Of a stretch of 64,000 nt of DNA, positions 13,925 to 25,918 are shown in pieces. Position numbers and translations under genes: made by a program. The notes under the pieces are model-generated. The model searched no databases and was not told the origin of the DNA. It saw only the letters and a list, made by a program, of their open reading frames with translations. The stretch spans positions 9,309,425 to 9,373,424 of the forward strand of contig OZ316896.1 in NCBI GenBank assembly GCA_973895155.1, in the 5' to 3' direction. Numbering within the stretch: the first letter of the stretch is position 1; every line of letters starts with the position of its first letter. Source of the stretch: Marsupella aquatica (lineage: Eukaryota; Plantae; Marchantiophyta).

Positions 13925-14338
13925 TTGTTTGGTGTTGACAAGACTCTGAACTCACTTTCCAAAAAAAAAACAAAAGCAAAAAAATGTACACACAAGACTC
14001 TAGAAACAATCCAATTGGTGCTGAAAAGACTCTGGACCCCCTTTCCACAAAACAAAAACAAAAGAATGTGCCCACAAAACTCTAGAAACAATCCAATTGG
14101 TGTTGACAAGACTCTTAACCCCCTTTCCAAAAACCAAAAACAAAAATTGCACATACAAGACTCTAGAAACAATTCAATTGGTGTTGACAAGACTCTTACC
14201 GCCCTATCCAAAAAACAAAAACAAAAAAAATGCACAGACAAGACTCTAGAAACAATCCAATTGATGTTCACATGACTATGAACCCCCTCTTTGAAAGAAA
14301 AAGAAAAACAAGTGTGCACACAAGACTCTAGAAACAAT
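13925..14338. repeat. ~82-bp tandem repeat, ~5 copies, upstream of TIM44
   Basis: Recurrent ggtgttgacaagactct...cacaagactctagaaacaatccaatt. Confidence 0.9.
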
Positions 14339-15030
14339 TGAAGTTGATAGCTTTTCTAGTCTGGAGCTCCTCATCTTAGCTATTTTGCACTTCAGAAGGC
14401 TCAAGCATTCACTATTCTTTGTAGGAGCTCTACCAGGTCTTTCAGTTTATTGGTAGGTAGGTTGTAAACTTTTCTTTTGGTCCTTGGCTTTTCTTAAGCC
14501 CGGTCAGTCGGGCCTTCTGCCTCTCTGGTTGCCTCCTCTTGATTGGGTCTTTCACCTATGGGATCTTGTCCCATGGGATCCACTTTCCCACTTGGGCACC
14601 TTTTGTTTGTTGGCATTTTGATATATATATCCAAATGACGTTCAGACATGGACCTTCTCCATTTTCTTTCCTGCCTTTCTCTTCGTTTACTGTACATCAC
14701 AACCTTGGTGCCTAATCAACCCCCCTGGGTCAGCTGTACGTTCCTCTCCTTGCAAGGCAACTCCAGTGACAGTAGACTTGCTCTCTCACTCTCTCGCCCT
14801 CTCTCTCATCTGTGGGCAAGCTGTGTCTTCATGGGCAGGTGGGTCTGCCTATTTGGGAAGTCGGAGAAGCAAAATCAATAACCGAGCTTGAAGCAGCTCC
14901 AAATCACTGGAACTCTTTGGTGGGTGCGAGCAGGAAGCAAGCAAGCAAGCAGAGAGAGAGAGAAAGAGAGGGCTGGACAGAAGCTGTGCCCAGTTGAACG
15001 ATCGATGTTGGTGGAGCCGTCATTGGTGAA

Positions 15031-18000
15031 ATGAGCGGCCGTCTGAGCCGCGTCTGGTTGCGTTCAGTACTACACATTCGAGCGCAGCAGCAGACTCTCT
15101 TATTGCGGCAGGTGATCCCCTCCCTCCCTCGCTCCCATAAACGCTGTGTGATCCCATTTTTCGTGTTTTTCCTCGGTCTCTCTATCTCTGTCTGTGAGTA
15201 TGGAATTTCAGTTTAGGGTTTTGCGGATGTCCAAGGCGAAAGGATGGGTTTTGCTTGAATCGATTGAGTGTGAAGATGCTCGTCGGAGACAATTTTAGGA
15301 CGAACATGGTGATGATGATGATAATTGTGTGACTGCAATGGTGCCTGAATCATATCAAATGGATCTGAGATTCCAGCCAAGTGTATTTTTTTCTGGGGTT
15401 TAGGGTAGACGACCGGAATTGGAGTGGTAGAGATAAGTAAAACCTCTCGTTCGTCCGGAAATTGTGAATCAATGATAGGGGATGGGCTCTTAGCTTGGCT
15501 TTTTGGATCAAAGTGGTATAGTAGCTTACTTGTTGTGAGATTCCCGTTGCAGGGCAGGGAGAATGTAGGGGTTCGTAGATTTGGAATTGCCCAACCGGAG
15601 CAGAAGGCAAATGAGGGATCCGCAGCACCGTCATACAGTAGCAGTAGCAAAGTGAGACAAGAGACAGCAACAGAGGAACATAGCAGTCGCTCCTATTCCA
15701 CGCCGAAATCTGCCGGTGGTGAGCCAGAAGGCGGAAATGCAAGAGAAGATCCAGCCTCAAATACAGCAGGCGCTGCCTCTCCTGGAGCTGGAGCTGGAGC
15801 GCGAGAGTTTTTTGCGGACAAGTTTGCCAAGGGTTTCTCCTTTGCATCTGCCTCGGCAACGGCGGGTTTCAAGAAGTTCAAGGATGCCAAGATTGTGGAT
15901 GCTGTCAAAGACAGCTATGCGTTTTTGAAAGAGGAGCTGAATACACCAGCTTCTCGGCGGAAAGTGAAGGATGCCGGTGTTCCATTCTCCGACGTGGAGA
16001 GAAGTGAAGAAACCGCCATAGTCCCAGTGATCAAGAAAAGGTCCGCTTGGCAAAAGCGTTTGGATGACATTATGGAAAAGGTGTGATCTATTCCTTAGGT
16101 TATCCAAATTATTAGGTTTTGGGGGGTGCGGATGTCTGGTTCGAGTGGAGATCTCTAATGTAAACTTGAAATTATCTGCTATTCGTTGAATTGTTTTGTG
16201 CGGGCTTGACTAGCTACTCTCCACTTCGCTGAGTCAACATTGGTCAGCAACAGTCCGAGTTTAGCTGACTAATTTGGCATGCCGTACTGCCAACCCGTTG
16301 ATGTGTGGATTGATTTAGTCTGTAGTGGTATGTCATTTTCACAGCTCTTGATGTTGGGTCTCTTGATAACCACGTGCAGGCTCATCAGCATCCAGCTTAC
16401 AGACGTTTAAGAAGTGTGAAGCAGCATCCAGTCGTTGCTAAAAGTCAAGAAGTAAGCTGCAGCTCATTCCATCTGCCCCACTTCGCTAGTGCCCCTCCAG
16501 AGCTTTGTTATACTCAGGTTTAACTGTTGGTCTGGTCACTCGAATTAATTTAAACTTAAGAAAAGGCATTTAGGAAGAAAATTAAAGATAGTCCATGGGT
16601 TTGACTCTCTTTTTCTCTCTGGAAATGCAGCTGGCTGAGGATTTGCGCGAGAGATGGGAGACAAGTGACAGTCCAGTGGTGCACAAGATCCAAGAGTGAG
16701 CCTCCTTGATCATGCGGGTTTAATCAGATGTTCTGTACTAGTCTGACCTGGAGAAAGTGCAAGACACAGATGAATGAGGCGGTGTATTTGTTGTTCGTAT
16801 ATTGGGGTTTACATCGTCTCTCTCGGATTATCTCGTGACCTTGTTGGCCTTTGGAAGATTTAGGTCCTACATTTCAGATTTCAGATTCCACACCCTTCAG
16901 AAACCCAAATCTGCCATCACTCACGGATTTGTTACTCTTTTTCCAGTATTAATGACTCTATATTTGGCGAGACAGCGACAGCAGTGGCAATGAGGGAAAT
17001 ACGGAGACGAGATCCGTAAGCTACTATCTCAATACTGTTCAGTCGTAGTTAAGAGGCTCTCTTCCTGTCTTCAAACTTGGATTTTGGTTGTGCAAAGTTT
17101 TATCTGCTGATAGTGACGATTATTCTACTGCAGGCTGTTCTCTGTACCGGACTTCATACTAGAGGTTCAGGAAGATATTCGGCCGATTCTTATAGCATAT
17201 CTTAAGGTAAACTCCAGTTTGCCAGTTTGTAATGTGTACTCAGATGATTGCTATACTATTTTCTCGCGATGTAGGCTTTTTGAATGTTTCGTCCTGTCCC
17301 CCTGCGGTACCCATTGATATACTGGCATAATTGATGTTACAGGGTGATTACAATACTCTGAGGACGAAATGCAGTCGCGAAGTAGTAGATCGCTGTAGAG
17401 CCGAAAGAAGGGCTTTGGAGAGTCAAGGGATTTATTTGGATCACAAGGTAATATTCGGCATATCCTGAGTCATATGACTACCAATTTATCTCTTTAGCTG
17501 AAACTCTGGAAGTGTCTGATGGAGGGGGTTGTTGGGTTGCAGATCTTACATATATCAGATGTTGAGGTAAGAGAGACGAAATTGATGGGCAACTCTCCAA
17601 TCATCATAGTGGCTGTAAGTTCCCCCAGCTCACTGTTGGTCATTATCTCTTATGTAGTGAAGTAATTTTCTTGATATGTCTCATTTCGACCGATACATTA
17701 ATGGAGTCTTTGTCAGTACTGAGCCAAGGGAAATAATTGAACATGGCATTTGTTTCGGTCATGCAGTTCCAGACACAGCAGATTTATTGTGCACGTGATA
17801 AAGCTGGAAACATAACTCAAGGGGCCAAGGTAAACATGTGAACTCTAAAAACTGGAAATGAACTTTTGGCCATATAAGGTGTCACTGAAGTTTGTTTGAG
17901 TTGATGGTCAAGATGACCTAGATGCATCGTCGAAGTGCAGTATAGTTTGTGAAGTGCAGTATAGTTTGTGGAAATTGTTGGGGGATTCGCTCGTCTGAGG

Positions 18001-18254
18001 GTTTGGCGTTTTTCTGATGGAGTTGAAATGAAAAGACTAGTGGTGTGGAAATTCCAAGACTGAGTTTCAAGAGTATAGAATAACTTTCTCAGACTCACTT
18101 AAGTGAAAATATCTTTTCTCAGGACGACATACACACAGTTTACTATGCATGGGCTATGCAGCAACTGTCTGCTGAGGAGCTGGAGGAGGGTGAAATACAT
18201 CCTCGTTGGCAACTAAGAGAAATGCAGCAATTAGGAATCCAAGCCATTATTTGA
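15031..18254 (+). CDS. TIM44: Mitochondrial import inner membrane translocase subunit TIM44; exons 15031-15111, 15553-16080, 16380-16451, 16631-16695, 16947-17015, 17134-17206, 17343-17447, 17543-17614, 17767-17829, 18123-18254
   Basis: Spliced translation gives an Arg-rich presequence, then [80 protein letters not shown] and [15 protein letters not shown]; all introns GT-AG with consistent phase. Confidence 0.95.
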
Positions 18255-20269
18255 AATCGTTAGAACTGCTTAGTGAGGAAACTTGGAAGAGAAATCTTTC
18301 AGCGAAAATGTTTTAAATTCCTTAACATAATTTTTTTGCCTCCTGTTGTAGCAATCCTTAGTCAGCATGGGGTTGAAACGAGAGCTTTACACGGTATACA
18401 TGATCCGTCCAAATGGCTTCCCCGCCGTCTCGTCAGGTTACATCACACCTCTGATTTTGACATCTGAGATTTGACATGTCTAGAATGGCCTTTTCTGTGT
18501 TGTTCACTCCTCTGACTGTTCGAGAGATTGTACTGTCCTGAATGCACCAGTTATGTCATCCCAAAGAGTTTCTTGGATCCTTTGGAGGCCAGGAGTTGCA
18601 TCCCACCTCACTAGTATGGATTTCCTTGTCTGCTGTCAAATACATTCAACATATGAGACACATGGCTTCTTGGTCATAATCGTGGGCATGGCAACCATAT
18701 GACCCGTTTCATTCAAGCGATAAGGTATTGGCTCTCGAGGACGAGACCTTCTGTCACCATCAAAAGGAGTAATCGTCTATGGTGCTACTGACGCGAGAAG
18801 CACCATAGACGAAGAAGAGAAGGAAAAATATATCCCTAAGCAAGACTGGTTTTCAACATGGATGTAATATATGGAATTGAGATGGGCCTCGACAGGGATT
18901 GCCTGCTGGTCATTGGCAATTCCGATTTTGTCCCTGTAGAATGGCTGAGTTTGTCTTTAAAATTAAAACTTCAATTCAATATGAGTTCACTTAATGGAGG
19001 ATGCAAGGAATGTTGCAATTAGAAAAAATAATGTTGCTATCACCGTGGGAACCATTGGGCACACTTTGCTTTGCTTACTTACAAAAGGGTACTTAAAAGG
19101 GTGATGCAAAACTGTTCAGCGGAGCACGCATGTCTCCACAAATGGTCAGTGAGCCTTTCCTCAATCATTAGGTCTTTCAAGGCAGAATTTTACAACTAAA
19201 AGAAATCATGCCAAACAACACGACATTTCCTGCTCGAATTGAACCCATCGGTGATACTTGATTAACATACTGATGGACCAAATCAGAAATGTGACAGCCA
19301 CAGGCGAAGTGTTTTCCAGGAAGCAGTGAAACGCCTTTTATTTCAGGTGCTTCGAACCAATTGGTGACGCTTGTTCAATATACTGATCGACCAAAACAGA
19401 ATGTGACAGCAAAACGAGAAATCAAGCCCTAAGTTGTTGTCAGGAAGCAGTGAAATGCCTTTTTCTTCCAGCTGCAACTGCCCAATCCTTCACATTTTCA
19501 TTTCAGGCAAGGAAGGCTTTGAGGGCTGGGCAGCCTTGGCGAATTCTGAAATTTTTTTCTCTTCATTTGTCCAAAAATCAGGGAAAAACCTTTGTAGACA
19601 GGCTGCGGTGGGAGGACAGCAGCTGCTGCCCGGTAAACTGCAACTTGGTGCACTTATACAGTTTGCGAATGGTCCCCTGCCTGCCTACACTAACGGGCCA
19701 AACTATGTGTAAGGTAACCCATGGTCCCAGGGTGGCCATGGATTAATAAGCCCCAAAGTATAATTTTACTCTATTTGTGATTTGAACATTGTGACTGAAA
19801 TTGGATACCCTCCAGGGGTGGAAATCTCATAGCCTCTAGGCCAAGCTAGCAGGTGGTAATGGCTCATAATCATCTACAGAAATACAAAAGAAGAAAAAAA
19901 ATGCACAAAAGGTTAAACTTGTGCCTAACCATGGTTGGGTCAAAGCACCTCAAACAAGCTGTTGCCTGCAGCTAGCAAAAAGTACAGTGGGAGACTCCTC
20001 AAGTCCTCTATAGGTCACCAGTGATAGTCAAGGACTTTATTTTTGCATTTGGATAATAGTTTCTATTTACAATTATAATAAGATATTCCATCTTTTTTGG
20101 TCCTTGGTCCCAATACAAAAAAGTTACTGGGCAAAAAGATCCAGAGTGGTTGAATTTGATTAGTTATTTTTACTCACCAATTTGATTAGTTATTTTTACT
20201 CATCATTGATGAAATAAATGTACATCTCTGGCACATATGTGCTTCCCACTGTCCCATAAATACCCAACA

Positions 20270-20271
<2 letters not shown>

Positions 20272-20303
<32 letters not shown>
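20272..20303. repeat. (TA)n microsatellite
   Basis: Read directly. Confidence 0.95.
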
Positions 20304-20307
<4 letters not shown>

Positions 20308-22273
20308 ATTTGCATACCACTCTCTATAGATCTGCAACCCAATGACCTTACCAGAAAGGGCCACCTGTTTGGTTGGTTTCGTATTTGGTATGTGACTGTT
20401 GGGCTGCTTTTCCCGGGTAGGCGTTTTTGCCTTTTGGCACTCTAATATATATGAGATTATTTGATTAAGTCTAGACTTATATCCTGGGCAAGCATGGTGG
20501 GTGACAAGAAAGCTCGTGGTCCATATTCCTCCCATATAGCATCGTTCTAATGCCTTACTATATAAATATATAAAGTTGGTCATCATATCATACTTAAATC
20601 TACACAATTGAAACTTTACAAGAAAAGGTGATATCATGATGAACGGCCGACAAGTCAAACTAAGTATAACATCACATTTCATACAACAATATAGCAACCC
20701 CGGAAAAAAACGTTTACAATATGATTACAACTCCTAGATGAACTTCTAGATTTGACTAGCGCAACACCTAGTAACCACCGACCCCCAAAAAAAGGAGAAG
20801 TACACGTCGACCCCACTCGCCCATCTACCCATATATATTAATACTAACTCGGGTGCAAGTCCTCGTGCTGAATTTTCCTAGATTCTTTCCAAGGAAGCAG
20901 GTAAGCCCAGCTCCTGCAGACTAAAACGATTCGTAGGACTAAACGAGCGACTTTCAAAAAGGGCTCATTCACAACATCAAAGCACAGTCAACATGCCCCA
21001 ACGAAATATATGAAGAATGAGAGCCATTTACCAGTTCCTGAAAATGCGTTTGAAATTCTATCACATGTCCCTAGTTTTTCCAACTTTGCTGTCGTGGGCT
21101 TGCAGTAGCAGCTTTCCCACCAGTGGCAATTTCAGCTTTTTCTTCCGAGTATTAATGGAGAACCTGTTCCAGTATAGTGGTGAACTGGTTTTAGGGATTT
21201 ATTACCCACTTCAACTTTGGGTGGCTTTATGGCACTTTTGACTTTTTTCCACCAAACCAAAACTGTAGGACAACTTCTTGTTCTGATGAATGATAAATCT
21301 TTTGAAATGAAGCTCAATAATTGCAAATACTTGAATGAAGGTGGACATAACTGGGCTGGATGTGGTCTATAACTTGACACAAAACAATCACTTCAGATGA
21401 GCATTTTCTTGGGCCCAGTGCTTTCAATGTAGGATCATACACCATCCACAATTTCTAATCATTGGATATGTGACATCAAAGATCCACGCTTTTCACATAT
21501 CTTAAACACTAGTGTGACTTGGAAAAAACAAAAAAACACTAGTGTGACTTGGCATGCTGGGATGTTTACTTTAGGGTTTAGCCTGGTGGCATCTACCAAT
21601 GATTATAAAACTTTTTTCACCAACTATGTCAAGTTATATGCTTGATGGAACTTGGGGCTAGAAACTTGGCTTGATAGGAGAACTTTCCTTGCAGATTGGA
21701 CCCCCTATGACACTTGCGTGCCAGGTGCTCTCCTAACAATTCTTATAAGGTGCTCTGCTGGATGCTATGACCAAAAATTGCTACCATGTAGATTGAGGTC
21801 AACCGTGCTCAAACAACAAACTGCACAGTTGGGGGGAATTGCAAAACACCAGCGCGTGAGCAAAAATGCATTGTATGTGAAATGCAGACAATATGATTAA
21901 TATCTTCTTGGGCAAAACAGTTCATTTGACATATTCCATTTCAACTTTCATGCAGGCTTTCATGATGTGTTTTTGCCACAAGTTTTGCTGTTGCTTGAAG
22001 GGGGTTTGTGGTTGCATGGGCACTTGTGACACAAAATTGTTTGAGTAAAGGTTGTTTGAAGTCTAGTCCAAAATTTGTTGTGTGTGCCTGGTAAACGTTG
22101 TCTTGCAGACCTATACTTTGGTTGTTTGCCTCTACTTGAATGGGTTTGCATCGGGGGTTGCATGGCCGTTTGTAGCCCAAAAAATGTTTGTGTAGAAAGA
22201 AGACAACATGAATGATGTCTCCAAAAAATTAGGTTTGAAGTGTGGAAGGAAGGCAGCATGAAAATGTCTCCCA

Positions 22274-22618
22274 TGTCGAGCAAAGTTGACATTCACAATG
22301 GCACCCATAACCATCCAATGAACAACTAGTCAACACACAAAGATATGTCAGTGATTCAATTCAGCTAAGGCTACATCCACCGGAACACACAAGAGCTTTA
22401 TTACACTACAGGCCCTTCGGCTATACCAAGTCTCTCCAATACAAGTTCTCCCTATCTCTCAATTGGGTCCATAACAATGAGTCTGAGAGCCTCCTATCCA
22501 AGCAAACATTGCTTGGGTATATAGTGTTCAGCACAATTAACCTAACCAAGTTTGCGACTAAGGTTAGCCTAACCATGGGTGCAATTGTAACTCTAAACCT
22601 AAGAGTAAATGCTTAACA
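22274..22618 (-). mobile_element. Degenerate solo LTR of the same copia family
   Basis: Starts TGTCGAGC (the reference LTR reverse complement starts TGTTGAGC) and ends aagagtaaatgcttaACA; internal ggaacacacaagagctttat, cggctatacc and ccataacaatgag match; flanks TCCCA/TTCTA could be a TSD decayed by two C>T changes. Confidence 0.8.
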
Positions 22619-25439
22619 TTCTATACACCTAACCTTTTGGCCCTACTTAAATAGGGTCCGTGTCCGTTAATCATGATTACACCATCATTCTAATTACAAC
22701 AGAAGTAGTCTCCACTATGAACACATCAATTACACAGTTGCAAAACTTGACTACCTTAACATTTAGCTCCGGCGTCGCTGACTCCAACGCCGAGCTCCCC
22801 TATGGTCCAGGCCCGGAACGTCCATCCGGGGAGGACTTAGCATGGGGAGACTTGTGGGCAATGGGGCGTGGCACTAGCAAAGGCAAGACGCTAAGCTGGT
22901 GACACACACTAAGGACTTAGACTAGCTGGGGGTTGGTTGGATCAAGGGGAAAGGGTCGGACTTAAGGTCGACCGTCCGGACCCCAGACGGACTTTGAGTT
23001 CTGAGGGCTTGAGTGCGAGCTTCTCTAAGGCCCTAGGCCAATGGAGTTCACTCCATGGGCAACGGACGTTTGGGGCACGAGTTACGGCCCGATCCAGGTT
23101 TGGCCGATCGGGGTCCAGGGCGACAATGGGATCTGAGGGCCTAGGCATGAGTATTGGGTCGGCCCAATCACAATGGGCTAAGGCACTCCGCTTATAGACG
23201 CCTAACTAAAAAGTTATGGGCATTGTCAGTTGGTGGCACGCCTAGACATGCAGGTTGGGGTCCAGGTGGGGGGCCAAAATTTGGGGACCAAAGTAGGTCA
23301 GGGGGTGACAGGTCTCCATAAGCATATATGAGGGGAGTGGTGTCTCCTTTGGGGCTAAGGGCAAGCCGAAGCCGTGAGCCACGGCGGTCACAACACCAAG
23401 GGAAAACACCAAACGGTAATAGCTATAACTTCCCAATGGGAAGTCTGTTGGAAGACTTCTTGGGTGAGTTGGAAGTCTCTCAAGGAGGACTACACTTTCT
23501 TGAGCTCAGCTGGGTCTAGGGGTGCCATGGATACTTTGGGTTTGCAGGGGCTATCTCGCCTGCTTGCCAAATCTTGCCGAAACAACAGCCAAGCTCGGGG
23601 GTTTCACTTCCACAAAAATGGCATATCACGTGCGACGAAAGATAGGGTCATTTTATTGGTTTTAAGGGAAGACTTAAGAATTTTTGTAGAAGAACAATAG
23701 GATCTTTTAAATTCAATTTTGAGACTTATAAGAACATTTGGGTCTTTTAATCCAATTTTTAGAATATTCCAAGAATAGTCCAACTTTATAGGGGTTAAAA
23801 AATAATATTTTTTTTCTTACATTTTAGGGGGTCCGAGGCCTAAAAACGTCGTAGGCGATGGGGAGGTCCCCATATAGTGAGACCCCCGAGCAGCCAAGCC
23901 GCATTCAGTCTCTCAAGGGAGCTCGCATTGGGGAGGCAAGACCAAGTAGGCATGGAGGTTGAGTTCCAAGGGCACTTGGCCCCTAGACCACCAGTGGGGC
24001 GCTAACTGAGAGTTGGTTGCTAGAGTCAGAGCTTTAGGACAAGTTACGCTATTTGGGCCATGAGCATGTCCTGGGGGCAGGGTGGTCAAATGGTGATGGA
24101 TAGGTATGAGGGGGAACCCGGGCTACACTCAAAGAGGGGCTATTCTGGACAAACAGTGGGTGTCAACTCTGGTTCCTGCTTATGGTAACGGGAGGACCTA
24201 TCGCTAACCTACTTACCAATGTCTGTTGAGATTGAGTTAGGGTACTAGACTTTGGGGAGATCTAGATCATGTTGGGTTACTTGCCAAGACACTTGGTTGC
24301 TTGTGCAGATAGGGAGGATCGTTAAGTAGCGGTGGTGTTAGAGAGCAAGTGCAGCTTCGTATGGGAGGGGCCGCGGACGGTGCAAAGGGCACCAGGTTGC
24401 TTGCTCAACTGAAGGTATTCCGTGGAGGCGTTTGCGCACCAAGGGCACTTAGGCAAGGCTAGGGTGCTGGGATTTAGGTGGCTAAGTGGCTAGGTCCACC
24501 ACTTACACAAACACAAAATGATACTTAAAATATAAGTATTTAAGGACTTAAATTGTTTTATGGGGACACATTACATGGCCCATTGAAACTACCACTGAAG
24601 CTACCACTGTTGTCTTTGTTGCTGGTTTTGGTATATGTAACCTACTTGCATGTGGCGGTACCATTGAAGTTACCAGTAAAAAAGTCCTGACCAAACTGGG
24701 GCAGGCATATCTGGAAATTGGTCAATTGATTGAATGGATCTTGAGATAGACCTGCTGACTTCAGGCTCACCCTGAAAAATCTTTTATTCTCCCAAGGTAA
24801 AAGCCAGTTGTAGACATCAATGGGAAAAGTGGGAATGGAATCCTAAATTCCTTGTTGCATTCATATTACTTGCTCCTCTTCCTTGCCTCACCCCCACCCT
24901 CTAGTTGGTTGGTTTTTTCCTGCTTCTGCTTTCCATTCACACTATGTTGTTGTTTGTCACATGCAAAATTGTCATCTTCAAGGTGCAAAATGACAACATT
25001 GCTTAAGGGATCCACTGCCAGTAGAGGAACAATTTGGAAGCTTAGATGGCATGCTTCACCCTAGGTTTAGCCTACCTGGACTCCTTACTTGGTCTTTCCT
25101 GAGCAAGACAATTCTGATGCCAGGGGCAATGATTCAAAGGACTTGCAAAAGATTTCCTTGGACATCATTTCTGATGCATATGATTTTTGACTCCTATATT
25201 GCAACCTATTTATGTTATAAGTCACAATTGTTGAGTTTTGAGCCATAGAAGTTCAAAAAATTGAGAGTTCAATCATTTTCTTCTTATATGTTTGCCTTGG
25301 TATCAGACTATTGGTCAAGACATGTCTAAAGAAGCTACTATCAAAATGTGGAGTACTCCAGGCAGCCCAAACTTTACTATGGAAGATGAAAATTAGGAAG
25401 GTCAGCAAGAACAAAATAATCAAATATTGGAAAAGTTAC

Positions 25440-25918
25440 CAAGGAATTTCTTCCATCGCCTTGTCAGCACAAGCAATATGATCTTGGTGATGGCATGGCA
25501 GGACCTTTACTTGATTCCCATCTTCATACTCAACTAGGCAGAGATTGCAATTGTCACATGGTGTCACAACCCCTCTGATCTCCAACTATATGGAATGGTG
25601 CTACTTTAAAATTGGATGGAGTTTTTCAGCAGCCAACGAGGTTGATTTACCTTTGGTCGTGCAACATTTGCTCTTTGTTGCAGTTAGGAAGTACCTAGAA
25701 ACAAAGCAGACCTTCCATCGATCTAAAATCAAAGTGTTGTTGGCAACTCTCCAACCCTTACTCTGCATAGAACTTAAAGGAGTAGGTGAAAAGTTTTTCT
25801 TGGCACAACTTCGGAGGTTTTGAATTGGGATTGCATCTACAATATTATCTGGAGCAGACAATGATGTTAAAGGAGCTGGACGTCTTGGAAGAGCAATAGA
25901 CTGACCATGAATTTCAAA
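25440..25918 (-). pseudogene. RING-H2 E3 ligase pseudogene fragment (two exon remnants)
   Basis: Minus strand reads EIHGQSIALPRRPAPLTSLSAPDNIVDAIP and CNLCLVEYEDGNQVKVLPCHHQDHIACADKAMEEIP followed by a GT donor. This fits the plant RING-H2 pattern EIHQQ..PAP.EVVDSLP / C.ICL.EYE.GD..R.LPC.H.FH..C.DKWL, but the conserved Trp is lost and no final CxxC exon is seen. Confidence 0.7.

Noticed and set aside
22770-24510. GC-rich stretch resembling an LTR or gag remnant
   Set aside because: No matching termini, PBS/PPT or protein motif that I can support.
25297-25306. TGGTATCAGA (tRNA-iMet PBS-like)
   Set aside because: Not preceded by an LTR ending in CA; may be chance.
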